A stretch of 64,000 nucleotides of DNA from Dendrobates tinctorius (taxonomy: Eukaryota). Where the stretch lies: contig NW_027361696.1 of NCBI RefSeq assembly GCF_039654945.1, positions 33,294,001 through 33,358,000 on the forward strand. Reading direction: 5' to 3'. The position numbers and the translations under genes were made by a program. The notes beneath the pieces are model-generated. The model searched no databases, was not told the DNA's origin, and saw nothing but the letters and a program-made list of their open reading frames with translations. Shown here piece by piece: positions 1 through 10,362 of the stretch (positions are counted from its first letter, which is position 1; every line of letters begins with the position of its first letter).

Positions 1-1900
1 TTTAAGTAGTGGATGTATGATGGCATGCTTAAATGAGGAGGGAAAGATACCAGAAGAGAGAGAGAGGTTAAATATTTTAGTTAGGTGAGGGGTGACAGCA
101 GGGGAAAGGGTCTGGAGTAGATGTGACGGAAATGAGTCACTGGTGCAAGTGGTTGGGCGAGAAGATGCAAGGAGCCTGCTTACTTCTTCTTCTGTGACTG
201 GTTCAAAATCAGAGAGTGAGCTAGATGCAGTGAGGGAGGGAGGACAGTGCATGGTATGAGGTGATTGGGAGATAATTTCCTGTCGAATCTGGTCAATTTT
301 TTCTTTGAAGTAATTGGCCAGATCGTCAGCTCGAAGCTCCGTGGTTGGGGCCTGCACTCTTGGGTTGAGTAGAGAATGAAAAGTGTCAAAGAGACGTTTA
401 AGGTTATTGGACAGTGAGGTGATGAGGGTGTTGAAATAGGCTTGTTTGGAGAGGTGAAGGGCAGTGTTGTATGTTCGAAGCATAAACTTATAATGGATGA
501 AATCTTCGTGTAGATTGGATTTTCTCCACAGACGTTCGGCGCACCTGGAGCACTGCTGCAGGAAATGTGTTTGCAGGGTGTGCCAGGGTTGTCGCCGTCT
601 GTGTTGTGGTGTTCTATGTATAGGAGGAGCAAATTCATCCAGGGCACTTTGAAGTGTTTCATTGTAATGCTTCAATGCAGAATCAGGACATGAAAGGGAG
701 GAGATAGGGGCCAATGAAGTGTGCAAGTTCTTCATAAGTTTCTGGGTGTTAATGGTCTGTATGTTTCTATAGATATGGACAGTGGGGGTGACCTGAGCAG
801 CCTGGCAGTTCTTGATAGAGAATGAAAGAAGGTTGTGGTCAGAGAGCGGGAGAGGGGAGTTTGCAAAATCATCCACTGCACAAAGCCGAGAGAAGACCAA
901 GTCGAGGGAGTTCCCGTCTTCATGCGTTGGAGAATTAGTAAGCTGCAAAAGGCCAAACGAGGAGGTTAGAGATAAAAGGTGGGTAGCAGATGGGGAGAGT
1001 GGAAGAGCAATGGGGATGTTGAAATCGCCCATGATGAGGGTAGATGTCACAGGAGAGAAAATGTGGAAGCCAAGTGGCAAAATGATCCAGAAACTGATGG
1101 GAGGGGCCGGGAGGACGATACACTACCGCCACTCGCATGGAGAAGGGGGTGTAGAGTCTGACGGCATGGACCTCAAAAGAAGGAAACACAAGTGAGGGTA
1201 CTTGAGGGATAACCTGAAAGGTACATTTTGATGATAGGAGCAGACCAACGCCTCCACCTGCTCTATTGTCTGATCTTGGGGTATGAGAGAAGTGTAGTCC
1301 CCCGTATGAAAGAGCAGCAGCAGCGGTAGTGTCTGACTGCTGAATCCAGGTTTCAGTAAGAGCCAGGAGGTTAAGAGAATTAGAAAGGAAAAAGTCATGA
1401 GTGAAGGAGAGTTTGTTACACACTGAGCGAGAATTCCAAAGTGCACAATTCAGAGAGACAGATGGCATGCAGGGAATATTAATAAGATTAGAGGGATTTC
1501 TGAGTGTAGCAGTTGGGGGGTTTGACTTTCTATAACATGAGGGACCAGGGTTGGGAGCAATGTCTCCTGCGACTAGGAGAAGGAGGATAGAAAGAGTGAG
1601 CAGATGGTTAAGTGATTTGTGAGAGCGTCTCTGATGTTGAATGGTGGGACTGAATGGATCTGTACAATTTAGCAAAGTGAAAAGCGCGTGAGTGCTATAC
1701 ATAGGAGAGGAAAGGAGTGAGGGGTCAATATGGACAGAGTGTAGAGAGTTAATACCAGGGCGGTGAATGTGTATAAATGCAGCAGCCAGGATATAAATTA
1801 TACAAATGCATATGGTAAATATTTGGGGTTGCCCAAATGTACAGGAAAGAGATATATTTATGTGTCTTACCTGTCTCCTGCCCTGTCTAACTGCCATGTT
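1..1900 (-). mobile_element. L2/CR1-clade non-LTR retrotransposon, 5' part (2A-like motif, APE endonuclease, start of RT); frameshifted; continues beyond the window start
   Basis: ORF 935..1897 has APE motifs (LWNSRSVCNK, LALTETW, GGGVGLL, VVYRPPG). Bases 1-180 on the - strand read SRPTTCTSDSFPSHLL...KIFNLSLSSGIFPSSFKHAIIHPLLK, the pre-RT region of L2. The frame breaks after SCDIY. The 5' boundary is approximate. Confidence 0.9.
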
Positions 1901-2304
1901 ATAACTGCCAGCGTACTTAGATACATGTACTTTGATTACATGTACATAAATGCCACCCCTGCATAAATGCTTTCCCCAGGCTAGCTCTGAATTTATAGAA
2001 GGCCACTTCTAAGATCTTCCTTTTTTTTTTTTTCTCTCCTTACTCGTTAGCAATCAATCAAACTAAGTTAGGACAGCAGGACAAAATAATAGAATTAGAC
2101 TTTCCGGTAATTCGGTTTCTAGAAACCTTCCACGACAGCATAAGAGGAGGTCGTCTCCACGCCCTAATGGGGGACAGGAAGCACGAGAGGTTAAAAGGTC
2201 CCTCCCTCCTCCCTCTCACCAGTGACTTACAACTGATTACCATAGCACCGGTTACCTTTAAGATTCTCAGAATTTGTCCAAGAATGCAGGGAGGGAAATA
2301 GTGG

Positions 2305-2387
2305 TGTCGTGGAAGGTTTCTAGAAACCGAATTACCGGTACGTCTAATTCTATTTTCTCTAGCAACCTTCCACGACAGCATAGGAGG
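2305..2387 (-). repeat. DIRS internal complementary region (ICR)
   Basis: The first half (tgtcgtggaaggtttctagaaaccgaattaccggtacgtctaattctatt) is complementary to the terminus at 2088-2137. The second half (ttttctctagcaaccttccacgacagcataggagg) is complementary to the terminus at 7253-7287. Confidence 0.92.
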
Positions 2388-2396
2388 CATAACAAC

Positions 2397-3689
2397 CTAT
2401 ACTGCACTAGGGGGGGGGACAACGGCCTGAAGAACTTTTCGGCCGAAGACTAGATCTCGGTTGGATACAAGGTCTAATCTATAATGTCTAGTAAATGTAT
2501 GTAAGGAGGACCAAGTTGCGGCCCTACAAATCTGCTCTGAAGATGCGCCTGCCCTCTCAGCCCATGACGTAGAGGTAGATCGTGTTGAATGCGCCTTGAT
2601 TCCAGCAGGAGGAGTGATGTTTTGCGTCAGGTAAGCTTCAGAGATAGCCTTTCTAATCCAATTGGCAATGGTGTTTTTCGCCACCTTCTTCCCTCTGTTT
2701 GGGCCAGAGGTATGGATAAATAGGTTGTGGTCGACTCTATAGGGTTTGGTACACTCCAGGTAGTGGAGAACTATACGTCTTACATCCAGAGTATGAAACA
2801 CCTCTTCTTTGGGGTTTGCTGGGTTTTGACAAAATGACGGGAGGACTATATTCTGTGACCTATGGAAGTCGGACACTACCTTCGGCAGAAAAGATGGGTC
2901 AAGAGAGAGAACTATGGAATCATCTCTAATAGTTAGGTAGGGTTCCCTAACTGAGAGCGCCTGGAGCTCTCCTACTCGTCTTGCTGAAGTTATTGCTACC
3001 AGGAAGGCGACTTTACAGGCAAGAAGCTGAGACGTGCAGGATGACAAGGGCTCAAAGGGAGATTGAGTGAGTCCCTTAAGCACCACATTCAAGTCCCATG
3101 TTGGGACCGCTATAAGCTTCTTTGGATGAAGTCTAGTGGCCGATGTCATGAATCTTCTTATCCACCTGTGGTTGGCCAAGTCACAGTCGAACATAGCACC
3201 TAATGCTGACACTTGAACTTTCAAAGTGATAGGTTTTAGACCTAGCTCTAGCCCCTTCTGCAAAAAATCCAGGATACGAGAAATGTTAGGTTTCTCTGGG
3301 TCAGGCAAGTCTGGTAGATACCATGAAGAGGACCTCTTCCATATGTTATTATATATGGCGATAGTGACTGGTTTTCGGGATTTCTGTAGTGTCTTTATTA
3401 CTGCCTCTGATGAGCCCCTGGCCCTCAGGATCTGGGCTTCAGTAGCCAGGCCGCCAACCTCATTCCCCGGAGGTTTGGGTGATGTAGGGGGCCCTGCGAG
3501 AGAAGGTCGTCTTCCATGGGTAGGATGAATGGTCCGTCTACCACCAGCTCCGTGATCAGAGAGTACCAGCTCCTCTTTGGCCATAACGGAGCTACTAGGA
3601 TGGTTGTGGTATGATCGTCCCGAATCTTCTTCAGGGTTGCGGCAAGGATTGGGACTGGTGGAAAGGCGTAAGCTAGATGGAACCTCCAC
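2397..3689 (-). CDS. DIRS tyrosine recombinase; this part of the frame is open and the catalytic residues are present
   Basis: 430-aa ORF containing AITSARRVGEL (R), HSTRS (H-x-x-R), AATWSS and TFTRHYRLD (Y). Confidence 0.88.
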   Translation of the reverse strand: MEVPSSLRLSTSPNPCRNPEEDSGRSYHNHPSSSVMAKEELVLSDHGAGGRRTIHPTHGRRPSLAGPPTSPKPPGNEVGGLATEAQILRARGSSEAVIKTLQKSRKPVTIAIYNNIWKRSSSWYLPDLPDPEKPNISRILDFLQKGLELGLKPITLKVQVSALGAMFDCDLANHRWIRRFMTSATRLHPKKLIAVPTWDLNVVLKGLTQSPFEPLSSCTSQLLACKVAFLVAITSARRVGELQALSVREPYLTIRDDSIVLSLDPSFLPKVVSDFHRSQNIVLPSFCQNPANPKEEVFHTLDVRRIVLHYLECTKPYRVDHNLFIHTSGPNRGKKVAKNTIANWIRKAISEAYLTQNITPPAGIKAHSTRSTSTSWAERAGASSEQICRAATWSSLHTFTRHYRLDLVSNRDLVFGRKVLQAVVPPPSAV

Positions 3690-5330
3690 CTGTGGGCGAA
3701 GGCATCCACTCCCAGGGACCTGTCCCTGGGGTTCAGTGAAAAGTATTTTCCCACTTGAGCATTTCTCCTGAGGCTAACAGGTTCACCTCCGGGAGGCCCC
3801 ACCTGTCGACCAGTTTCTGGAAGATTATTTTGTTCAGGGTCCACTTGCCAGGCTGGATGCTTTTTCTGCTTAAGAAATCTGCCTGAAGATTGGCGGTACC
3901 CTTCAGGTGAATTGCCGTCGAAGAGCAAGGTGCTTTTCGGCCCAGGAAAATATTTGGTTTGAGAGGCCCTCCAGGCTGCTGGATCTCGTACCACCCTGGT
4001 GCCTGAGATGGGCCACTGTCATTATATTGTCTGAGTAGACTCTGATGTGCTGGCCCCGGACCAGGTGTCTTGCTGTCAGTAGAGCTTCTTCCACTGCCTT
4101 CAGTTCTCTGAAGTTTGAGGATCTTGCGCTCACTTTCTGGCTCCATAACCCCTGGAATGGGTGACGAGACACTACAGCTCCCCAGCCTTTTTTGCTGGCA
4201 TCTATTGTTACCGTGACTAAAGGCGTCTGAGACCAGTTGATTCCTCTGCACAGGTTCCTGTCGTCCATCCACCATGCCAGCGAGGCTCTCACTACCCCCG
4301 GGGTTTGGACCTTTTTGTTCAGACAGGTGTGATCCCGATTCCAGTTTCTTAAAATATGGGACTGGAGCGCTCTGGAGTGGGCCTGTGCCCAAGGTACTGA
4401 CTGGATACAGGAGGTCATAGATCCTAGTATGGACATAGCTGACCTGAGGGTCGGGGACCTCTGTTCCCTGAACTCTGAGATCCTTCATATTATGGATCTC
4501 TGGTGCTCCTTCGGGAGGAAGGACATTTGATTTTTTGAATCCAGTAGGATTCTTAAGAATTTCACCTCCTGGGAGGGTTGGATCTGAGCTTTCTTTATGT
4601 TCGGGATCCACCATCCTAACGATTGGAGGATGCTCAGGGTCTGAGTCACCTATAGTTCCAGAGTGCGGTAGGATGCTCCTATTATTAGTAAGTCGTCGAG
4701 GTAGGGTACGATACATATGCCCTGACTTCGGATGTGGGACACAGCCTCCGTCATGATCCTGGAGAAAACTCAAGGAGCAGATGATATCCCAAATGGAAGT
4801 ACGTTGTATTGAAAGTGTTTTATTTCTGGACCCTGGTGGACCGCGAACCTCAGATACTTTCTGTGGGAAGGATGGATGGGGATGTGGAAATAGGCATCCT
4901 TCAGATCTATAGTTGCCATAAAGTAAGACTGCCCTATCAGAGGAATGGCGGTCTTTACCGACTCCATTTTGAATTTGTGGTATGCAATGTGTCGGTTGAG
5001 GCCCTTTAGGTTTATTATTATTCTCGACTATCCTGTGGGCTTTCTTACTAGGAACAGTCTGGAATAATGCCCTCTTCCTTGCTCCTTCACAGGGACTCGA
5101 GAGATGGCATTTGACTGAAGCAACTGCAGAATGCCGGAATCTAGAGCTGGGGTCTCCCAAGATGGTAGGGAGGTGACTCATACCCCACGGGGGATAGGAT
5201 TCGAGTTCTAGCAGTAGGCCCTCTCTGATCACACTGAGGACCCAGGGGGCTGTTGGAAATCAACTGCCAAGCAGGAAAGAAACTCGAAAACCTTCCCCCC
5301 ACCGGGATCGAGTCATTGTTTTTCTTGGGA
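3425..5330 (-). pseudogene. DIRS pol (RT-RNaseH-methyltransferase-like), disrupted
   Basis: The domains are split over ORFs 5141..5443, 4770..4967 (stop after SSAP), 3903..4436, the tail of 3733..5232 and the tail of 3425..3994. Confidence 0.88.
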
Positions 5331-5449
5331 TTGCTGTTGCTGCTGCTGGGGGACCAGGATGTTCCTGCCTCTCCCTTTAGCGTAGCTCCATCTTCCCGCC
5401 TTTCCCTTCCCTCGTGGTTGGGATGACTGATTCTGGGGGCCACGAAAAA

Positions 5450-6710
5450 GACATTTCTTTGTGGTTCTCTGCTCTCGAAGCACCTTCTTTTTGTCAGTGG
5501 CTTTTTCCAGAATTTCGTCTAAGGCAGGGCCGAAGACATGTTCACCTTTAAAGGGTAAAGAGCATAGCTTGACCTTGGATGTAATGTCACCGCTCCACGT
5601 CTTCAGCCAGAGGGCTCGCCTGGCAGTTTGATTGCACCATGGCTCTGGCAGAAGTACGGATCATCTCCATTGATGCATCTGCCAGGAAGCCCGTAGCTCT
5701 CTGCAAGATAGGGAGTGAGTTAAGAAGGTCACTCCTTGAGGTACCCTGCGAAATATGGTTCTCTAGCTCCTCAATCCATTGAAAGAGGGACCTAGAGACA
5801 CAAGTGGACGCAACTCCTGATTTTAAGGTGGCCGCAGAGGATTCCCATGTTTTCCTCAGGAGGCATTCAGCTTTACGGTCCATCGGGTCTCTAACCTGAG
5901 ATGCATCATCAAACGGTAACACCGTTTTCTTTACCACCCTTGCCACCTGGACATCGACTTTCGGGATGTCCCATTTAAAGTCCTCTCCTTCCAGAGGAAA
6001 CCTATGGCGGAGCTCTGAAGGGGCTGAGTAGCGTTTTTCAGGGTATTCCCATTCCTGGGAGATCATGTCCACTATGCTTTTATGAACTGGAAAGCCTGCT
6101 CGTTTAGGTCCTTCATATCCCCCAAACATGCGATCCTGTGCTGTTTGCGTGACAGGTTCATCTTATAGGCCCATAGTGGCGAGTACTACGCTAATCAATT
6201 CCTCCACGTATTCTGTGAAAAGGAGATACCTTCTAACGTCAGGTGCCCTAAAGGTCCCCGGTTGCTCCCAGTTTCGGAGGGAGTTGAATGAGCTCTCAGA
6301 CTCAGATTCTGAATCCTCCATTTTTTTGAAGGTGGTGAGCCCATAATCGGAGGGGGTGGAGGTGGAGGGGGGGACAGGGCGGCTAAGGAGGTCTGAACCT
6401 GACGGGTGACCAAGCTGCGGATCTCGTCAATTAATGATGGGTGCTCGGCTCTGACCACTTTATCAGTGCATGCCTGACATAACTTTTTCTCCCAATTAGA
6501 GGGAAGTTTGGTACTGCATATGGCACATTTGGCCGTTTTGCTGGACGTATTGGTGCTTTTATGGGCAGACTTTTCTCCCTATAAGAAAGAGGGGGAGAAG
6601 TATTTTAAGGACCTTTATCCCGGATCGCACCCTTAGGACCCCCCCCAGGTTACACTCACTGTGGCTGGGGCAGCGCTGGGCTCTGCAGATGCATGGCAGG
6701 AAGCGTCCAT
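5450..6710 (-). pseudogene. DIRS ORF1 gag-like protein with an N-terminal C4 motif; predicted intron 6579-6659; frameshifted
   Basis: MDASCHASAEPSAAPAT|GEKSAHK...CAICSTKLPSNWEKKLCQAC...EIRSLV, followed by ORF 5587..6129 (PKVDVQV, DPMDRKAE). Confidence 0.75.
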
Positions 6711-7514
6711 GACAGCAGGGGATTTGCCTTACCTGTCAGCGTCTTCCGGCGGGTTAACTCCGCCCTCAGCGCATTAGATTGATTCCCCCTCCTCCTCCCT
6801 GGGTCCTGGGGCAAGCACAGCAGGTGCTGGCGAGCTCCGCGCGCTGGCAGCAAGATGGGGGCCGCCATGACAGCGCGCCCTCCACGTACCCCGGAAGTGA
6901 CCCGCGCGTGACGTCACTTCCGGGTCGCACAGCACGCAGGGGAGGAGACGACGGAGAGCTGCGGGAGGCCTCCGGCGGGGATCACTGGCCCGCTTTACTC
7001 CCCAAAGGGGAGCGCGGGAGGGCCAGGAAACGGTCCCGAATGCAGGAGCAGAAACGGAGGAGGGAAGGCTGCGCCACCGACCACCACTGCCCGGCTTTTT
7101 TGGATCTCCAGGTATGCTGCAGCAGCCGGCCACACAGCATACCAGACCTCTCCATGCCCCATGGGGGACAGGAAAGACACTGGTGAGAGGGAGGAGGGAG
7201 GGACCTTTTAACCTCTCGTGCTTCCTGTCCCATTAGGGCGTGGAGACAACCTCCTCCTATGCTGTCGTGGAAGGTTGCTAGAGAAAAATATATTTAGCAG
7301 ATAAACAAGTGTCCAGGCCTACATGGATCATAAACCACTTTGAAAAGTTACTTGACCTCAATAGCATAAGGGGACAAGCAGGGTGAGTTGAAATAACTAT
7401 ATACCATTATATATGCTGCAAAGATGAATGATAGAGGTTGAACACATGCAGGATTCAGTGAAGTTGCTGGAAAGAGTCAAATACCATTATATATGCTGCA
7501 AAGATGAATGATAG

Positions 7515-7647
7515 TTTTTTCCAGTCAAGATGGGGTGCAGAGTGTACATTAATGAGAAAAAAAAAAAGAACTTTTTTGAATTTACTAAATGGCTGCAATG
7601 AAACAGTGAAAAGTTTAACAGAATCTGAATACTTTCTGAACCCACTG
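7515..7647 (+). mobile_element. Tc1-like transposon terminal remnant
   Basis: Ends in ...tctgaatactttctgaacccactg followed by TA, a Tc1-type CAGTG terminus read in reverse. Confidence 0.6.
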
Positions 7648-8045
7648 TATGTACACAGTGACTGCACCAGCAGAATAGTGAGTGCAGCTCTGGAGTATAA
7701 TACAGGATGTAACTCAGGATCAGTAATGTAATGTATCTATACAGTGACTGCACCATCAGAATAGTGAGCGCAGCTCTGGAGTATAATACAGGATGTAACT
7801 CAGAATCAGTAATGTATGTACACAGTGAGTGCACCAGCAGAATAGTGAGTGCAGCTCTGGGGTATAATACAGGATATAACTCAGGATCAGTAATGTATGT
7901 AAACACAGTGACTGCACCAGCAGAAGAGTGAGTGCAGCTCTGGAGTATAATACAGGATGTAACTAAGGCTCAGTAATGTATGTACACTTTGACTGCACCA
8001 GCAGAATAGTGAGTGCAGCTCTGTGATATAATGCAGGATATAACT
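7648..8045 (+). repeat. 81-bp minisatellite, about 5 units
   Basis: Unit atgtatgtacacagtgactgcaccagcagaatagtgagtgcagctctggagtataatacaggatgtaactcaggatcagta. Confidence 0.95.
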
Positions 8046-8368
8046 TTTATCCATGAGATTTTTCTTTTCAGCCTGTGTAGCAATTTCCTTTTTTCAATTT
8101 TAGTGTATAATTCTGTCCTTGCGGTATTAGATAACTTAATTTTATACAAATTCAGAGATTATTAAACGAAAAACACAAAAGACAGTAATACAAAAACGCA
8201 AAAACTTTATTAAGTCTCCTATCAGATCACCCTCAGCTGTGCACCGTCCTGTACATGAGCGACCCGAGATGTCACAGGGTGCGGTGAAATGTGCGGGTAC
8301 GAGAGCAGGAGACAGACGATGCCAGACTGCAGCAGCCCGGAGCCGCCTCACTGGACAAGATCACTTAA

Positions 8369-8551
8369 AGGGAATCTGTCACCTGATTTTCACGTTGTAT
8401 GTAAATTAGTTGGGTCCGGTCCGATGGGCGGTGTTTTTGCTCCTTCCCTCCACCCCTCCTTGGCCGCTGTACGCAATATTTCAGGTAATAGCTGTAGTGC
8501 TTGTCCATATTTCGCGCATGCGCATTGCAATCTCCACTCGCGCGTGCACAG
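8369..8551. mobile_element. Left part of a TTAA-target MITE (Kolobok/T2-MITE type); right end not visible
   Basis: TTAA at 8365-8368 is followed by AGGGAATCTGTCACC, identical to the TIR of the complete MITE at 32413. Confidence 0.65.
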
Positions 8552-9298
8552 TAGGGTGACCGCAAAAAAATCGATGTCGGAATTTTGTCCGTCTGGACCC
8601 CACAAAACGATTCCCCTTTCCAGATATTGAGATAGCCAAAATTTGAGCTCGATCAAACGACGTTAACCCGTGCCGCTCGTCGCTCAAAGTTTGAAAAAAT
8701 CCAAATTGAGGTATTTTAAGATTTAGGTATTTTGCATAGTCTGTTATACTATAAAGAATGTGACAACAACATTGCAGAAATAGCCCTGACCAAATTTTCG
8801 AACCATTTGTGGTATTTGAATGCAGAGTTGGTGAGATTATCGTTTTTTGATCCCACCATTACAGACAATGAAAAGTTGTTAATGGCTAATAAATTGCTCA
8901 GTAGCACAGATGAACCATCAGAGCACGCTAGGGTTGTAAATCCAAAAGTTAGGAAAGAAAAATTAAAAGAGGTAGGAAGTAACCGACTTTAACGACCTTC
9001 TGACAAAAGATGAAGAACAAAAGCAATATGTCCTGCAAGTTGTAAGCAAATGCCGAGCATTATATTCTGACGTTTCAAAAACTACTTTAACAAAAGCTCT
9101 AGAATAGATTAGATAACTATGTAAAATTATCAACTCATGTAGGTTAGCGTGCTCTGATGGTGAAAAAAGTTGAGGATCAGTAAAGTATCCACTTTTTTTC
9201 ACATTTAATTTGAGTGCTGCCTATTTTTTTTACTTTTGTTAATTTGGCTGTTTGGACACTGCTGAATAGGTTTTGCACCAACTATTTAATTTTGGTAG
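8552..9298 (+). mobile_element. Internally deleted hAT-superfamily (hATm-like) DNA transposon carrying a transposase C-terminal fragment
   Basis: Starts TAGGGTG. It encodes KFSNHLWYLNAELVRLSFFD (8732..8992) and, after a deletion and frameshift, DFNDLLTKDEEQKQYVLQVVSKCR...ALE* (stop 9105-9107). I recognise these motifs from hATm-type transposases; not database-checked. Confidence 0.6.
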
Positions 9299-9430
9299 NN
9301 NNNNNNNNNNNNNNNNNNNNNNNNNNNNNNNNNNNNNNNNNNNNNNNNNNNNNNNNNNNNNNNNNNNNNNNNNNNNNNNNNNNNNNNNNNNNNNNNNNNN
9401 NNNNNNNNNNNNNNNNNNNNNNNNNNNNNN
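9299..9430. other. Assembly gap (132 N)
   Basis: Run of N. Confidence 1.
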
Positions 9431-10326
9431 GATTATTAAAGCATCCTCCTGTGATGCCAATGATGGCGGCCTCTGTACCCGATGCTGCCTTCTATAATAT
9501 AAACCTAGCGGCTAATCCCTGACAGCCATTAATATAGTACTCCAGTCACCTCCAGAGCTGCATAAAGAAAAAAATAAAAATAATGTAACTATGATCAAGA
9601 CAAAAATGAACAATCAGAATAAAAAAGAAAATATTAATGCTTTGAGAAAATGAAGGCACAAAACAATTATAGAAGGCCACTATCCTCCAAAATAAAGCTT
9701 GAGTGGAAAAAAAATACTCTGTGCTGCTGTGAAACCTGCCATGAGTCCAGTGCATTTCTCTCAGTGCTGGGGACACAGTTTCTTATGATTAGTAAAAAGA
9801 ATAGTCTGCTTTCTTCTATGCAATTCCTGTAGGTGAGGCCAAACTGCAATATCACATGCGACCTGTGGACAAGGATGGCGCTGTTTCTGGAAGAAACAAA
9901 CCTGTGTTTTTAATCCTGCTCATCCCCATAGGATCTCTAGACATTTTTACCTTCCCCATTTCAGACTTTATAATTCTATCCTAAAAATAGCAATTATTAC
10001 AATTTACAGATATATATATATAAAAAAAAAAATCTGAAAAGTGAAAGCAATCAGTGATTTACAGAGCAGCACCATTCATCCCCCAGATAACAGGACTACG
10101 CAATTACACAATGGATTGTCGGACTCCTTTAATCCTTTTGTCTTAAATTAAAAAAAAAAGGTTTCTTTAAAAAAAAAAAAAAAAATAATACAATAAAAAC
10201 CCTAAAATGACTAAAACGCACATCATAAGATCTGCTGTCCTCAGACTCCAGGGGATCAAGGTTTCCAGATTTCACTAATCCAGGATATAAAAAAATAAAA
10301 ATAAAGTTGCTGTTGTTGAGTCGCGT

Positions 10327-10362
10327 TCACACGATGAGACTTTCCCGACTCAGAGCTTCACC
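10327..10362 (-). CDS. LSR: LSR exon 10 (C-terminus with PDZ-binding-type end)
   Basis: cttcgcag|[11 protein letters not shown]. Confidence 0.93.
   Translation of the reverse strand, partial: GEALSRESLIV

Larger units (their letters stand above)
2088..7288 (-). mobile_element. Full-length DIRS1-type tyrosine-recombinase retrotransposon (gag, RT/RNaseH/MT, YR; inverted terminal repeats and ICR)
   Basis: 2117-2224 is the inverted copy of about 7178-7287. The ICR at 2305-2387 joins the complements of both termini. It contains RT (IDLKDAYFHIPI, LPFGISSAP), RNase H (TIDASKKGWGA, NFRELKAV, YSDN), an MT-like domain (YAFPP, VAPLWPKRSW) and YR. Confidence 0.95.

Noticed and set aside
1695-1870. Possible intron in the LINE 5' region (CAG|GTAAGA ... 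pyrimidine tract-TAG)
   Set aside because: Splicing would put the ATG at 1897 out of frame with the 2A/APE ORF, which is already open unspliced.
2397-3994. Phage-like integrase plus adenine methyltransferase suggesting a prophage or bacterial contamination
   Set aside because: Both are normal DIRS1 domains and lie between the DIRS terminal repeats.
7487-7931. ORFs with 27-aa repeats ([27 protein letters not shown]), also at 18.1-20.9 kb
   Set aside because: They are translations of the 81-bp minisatellite.
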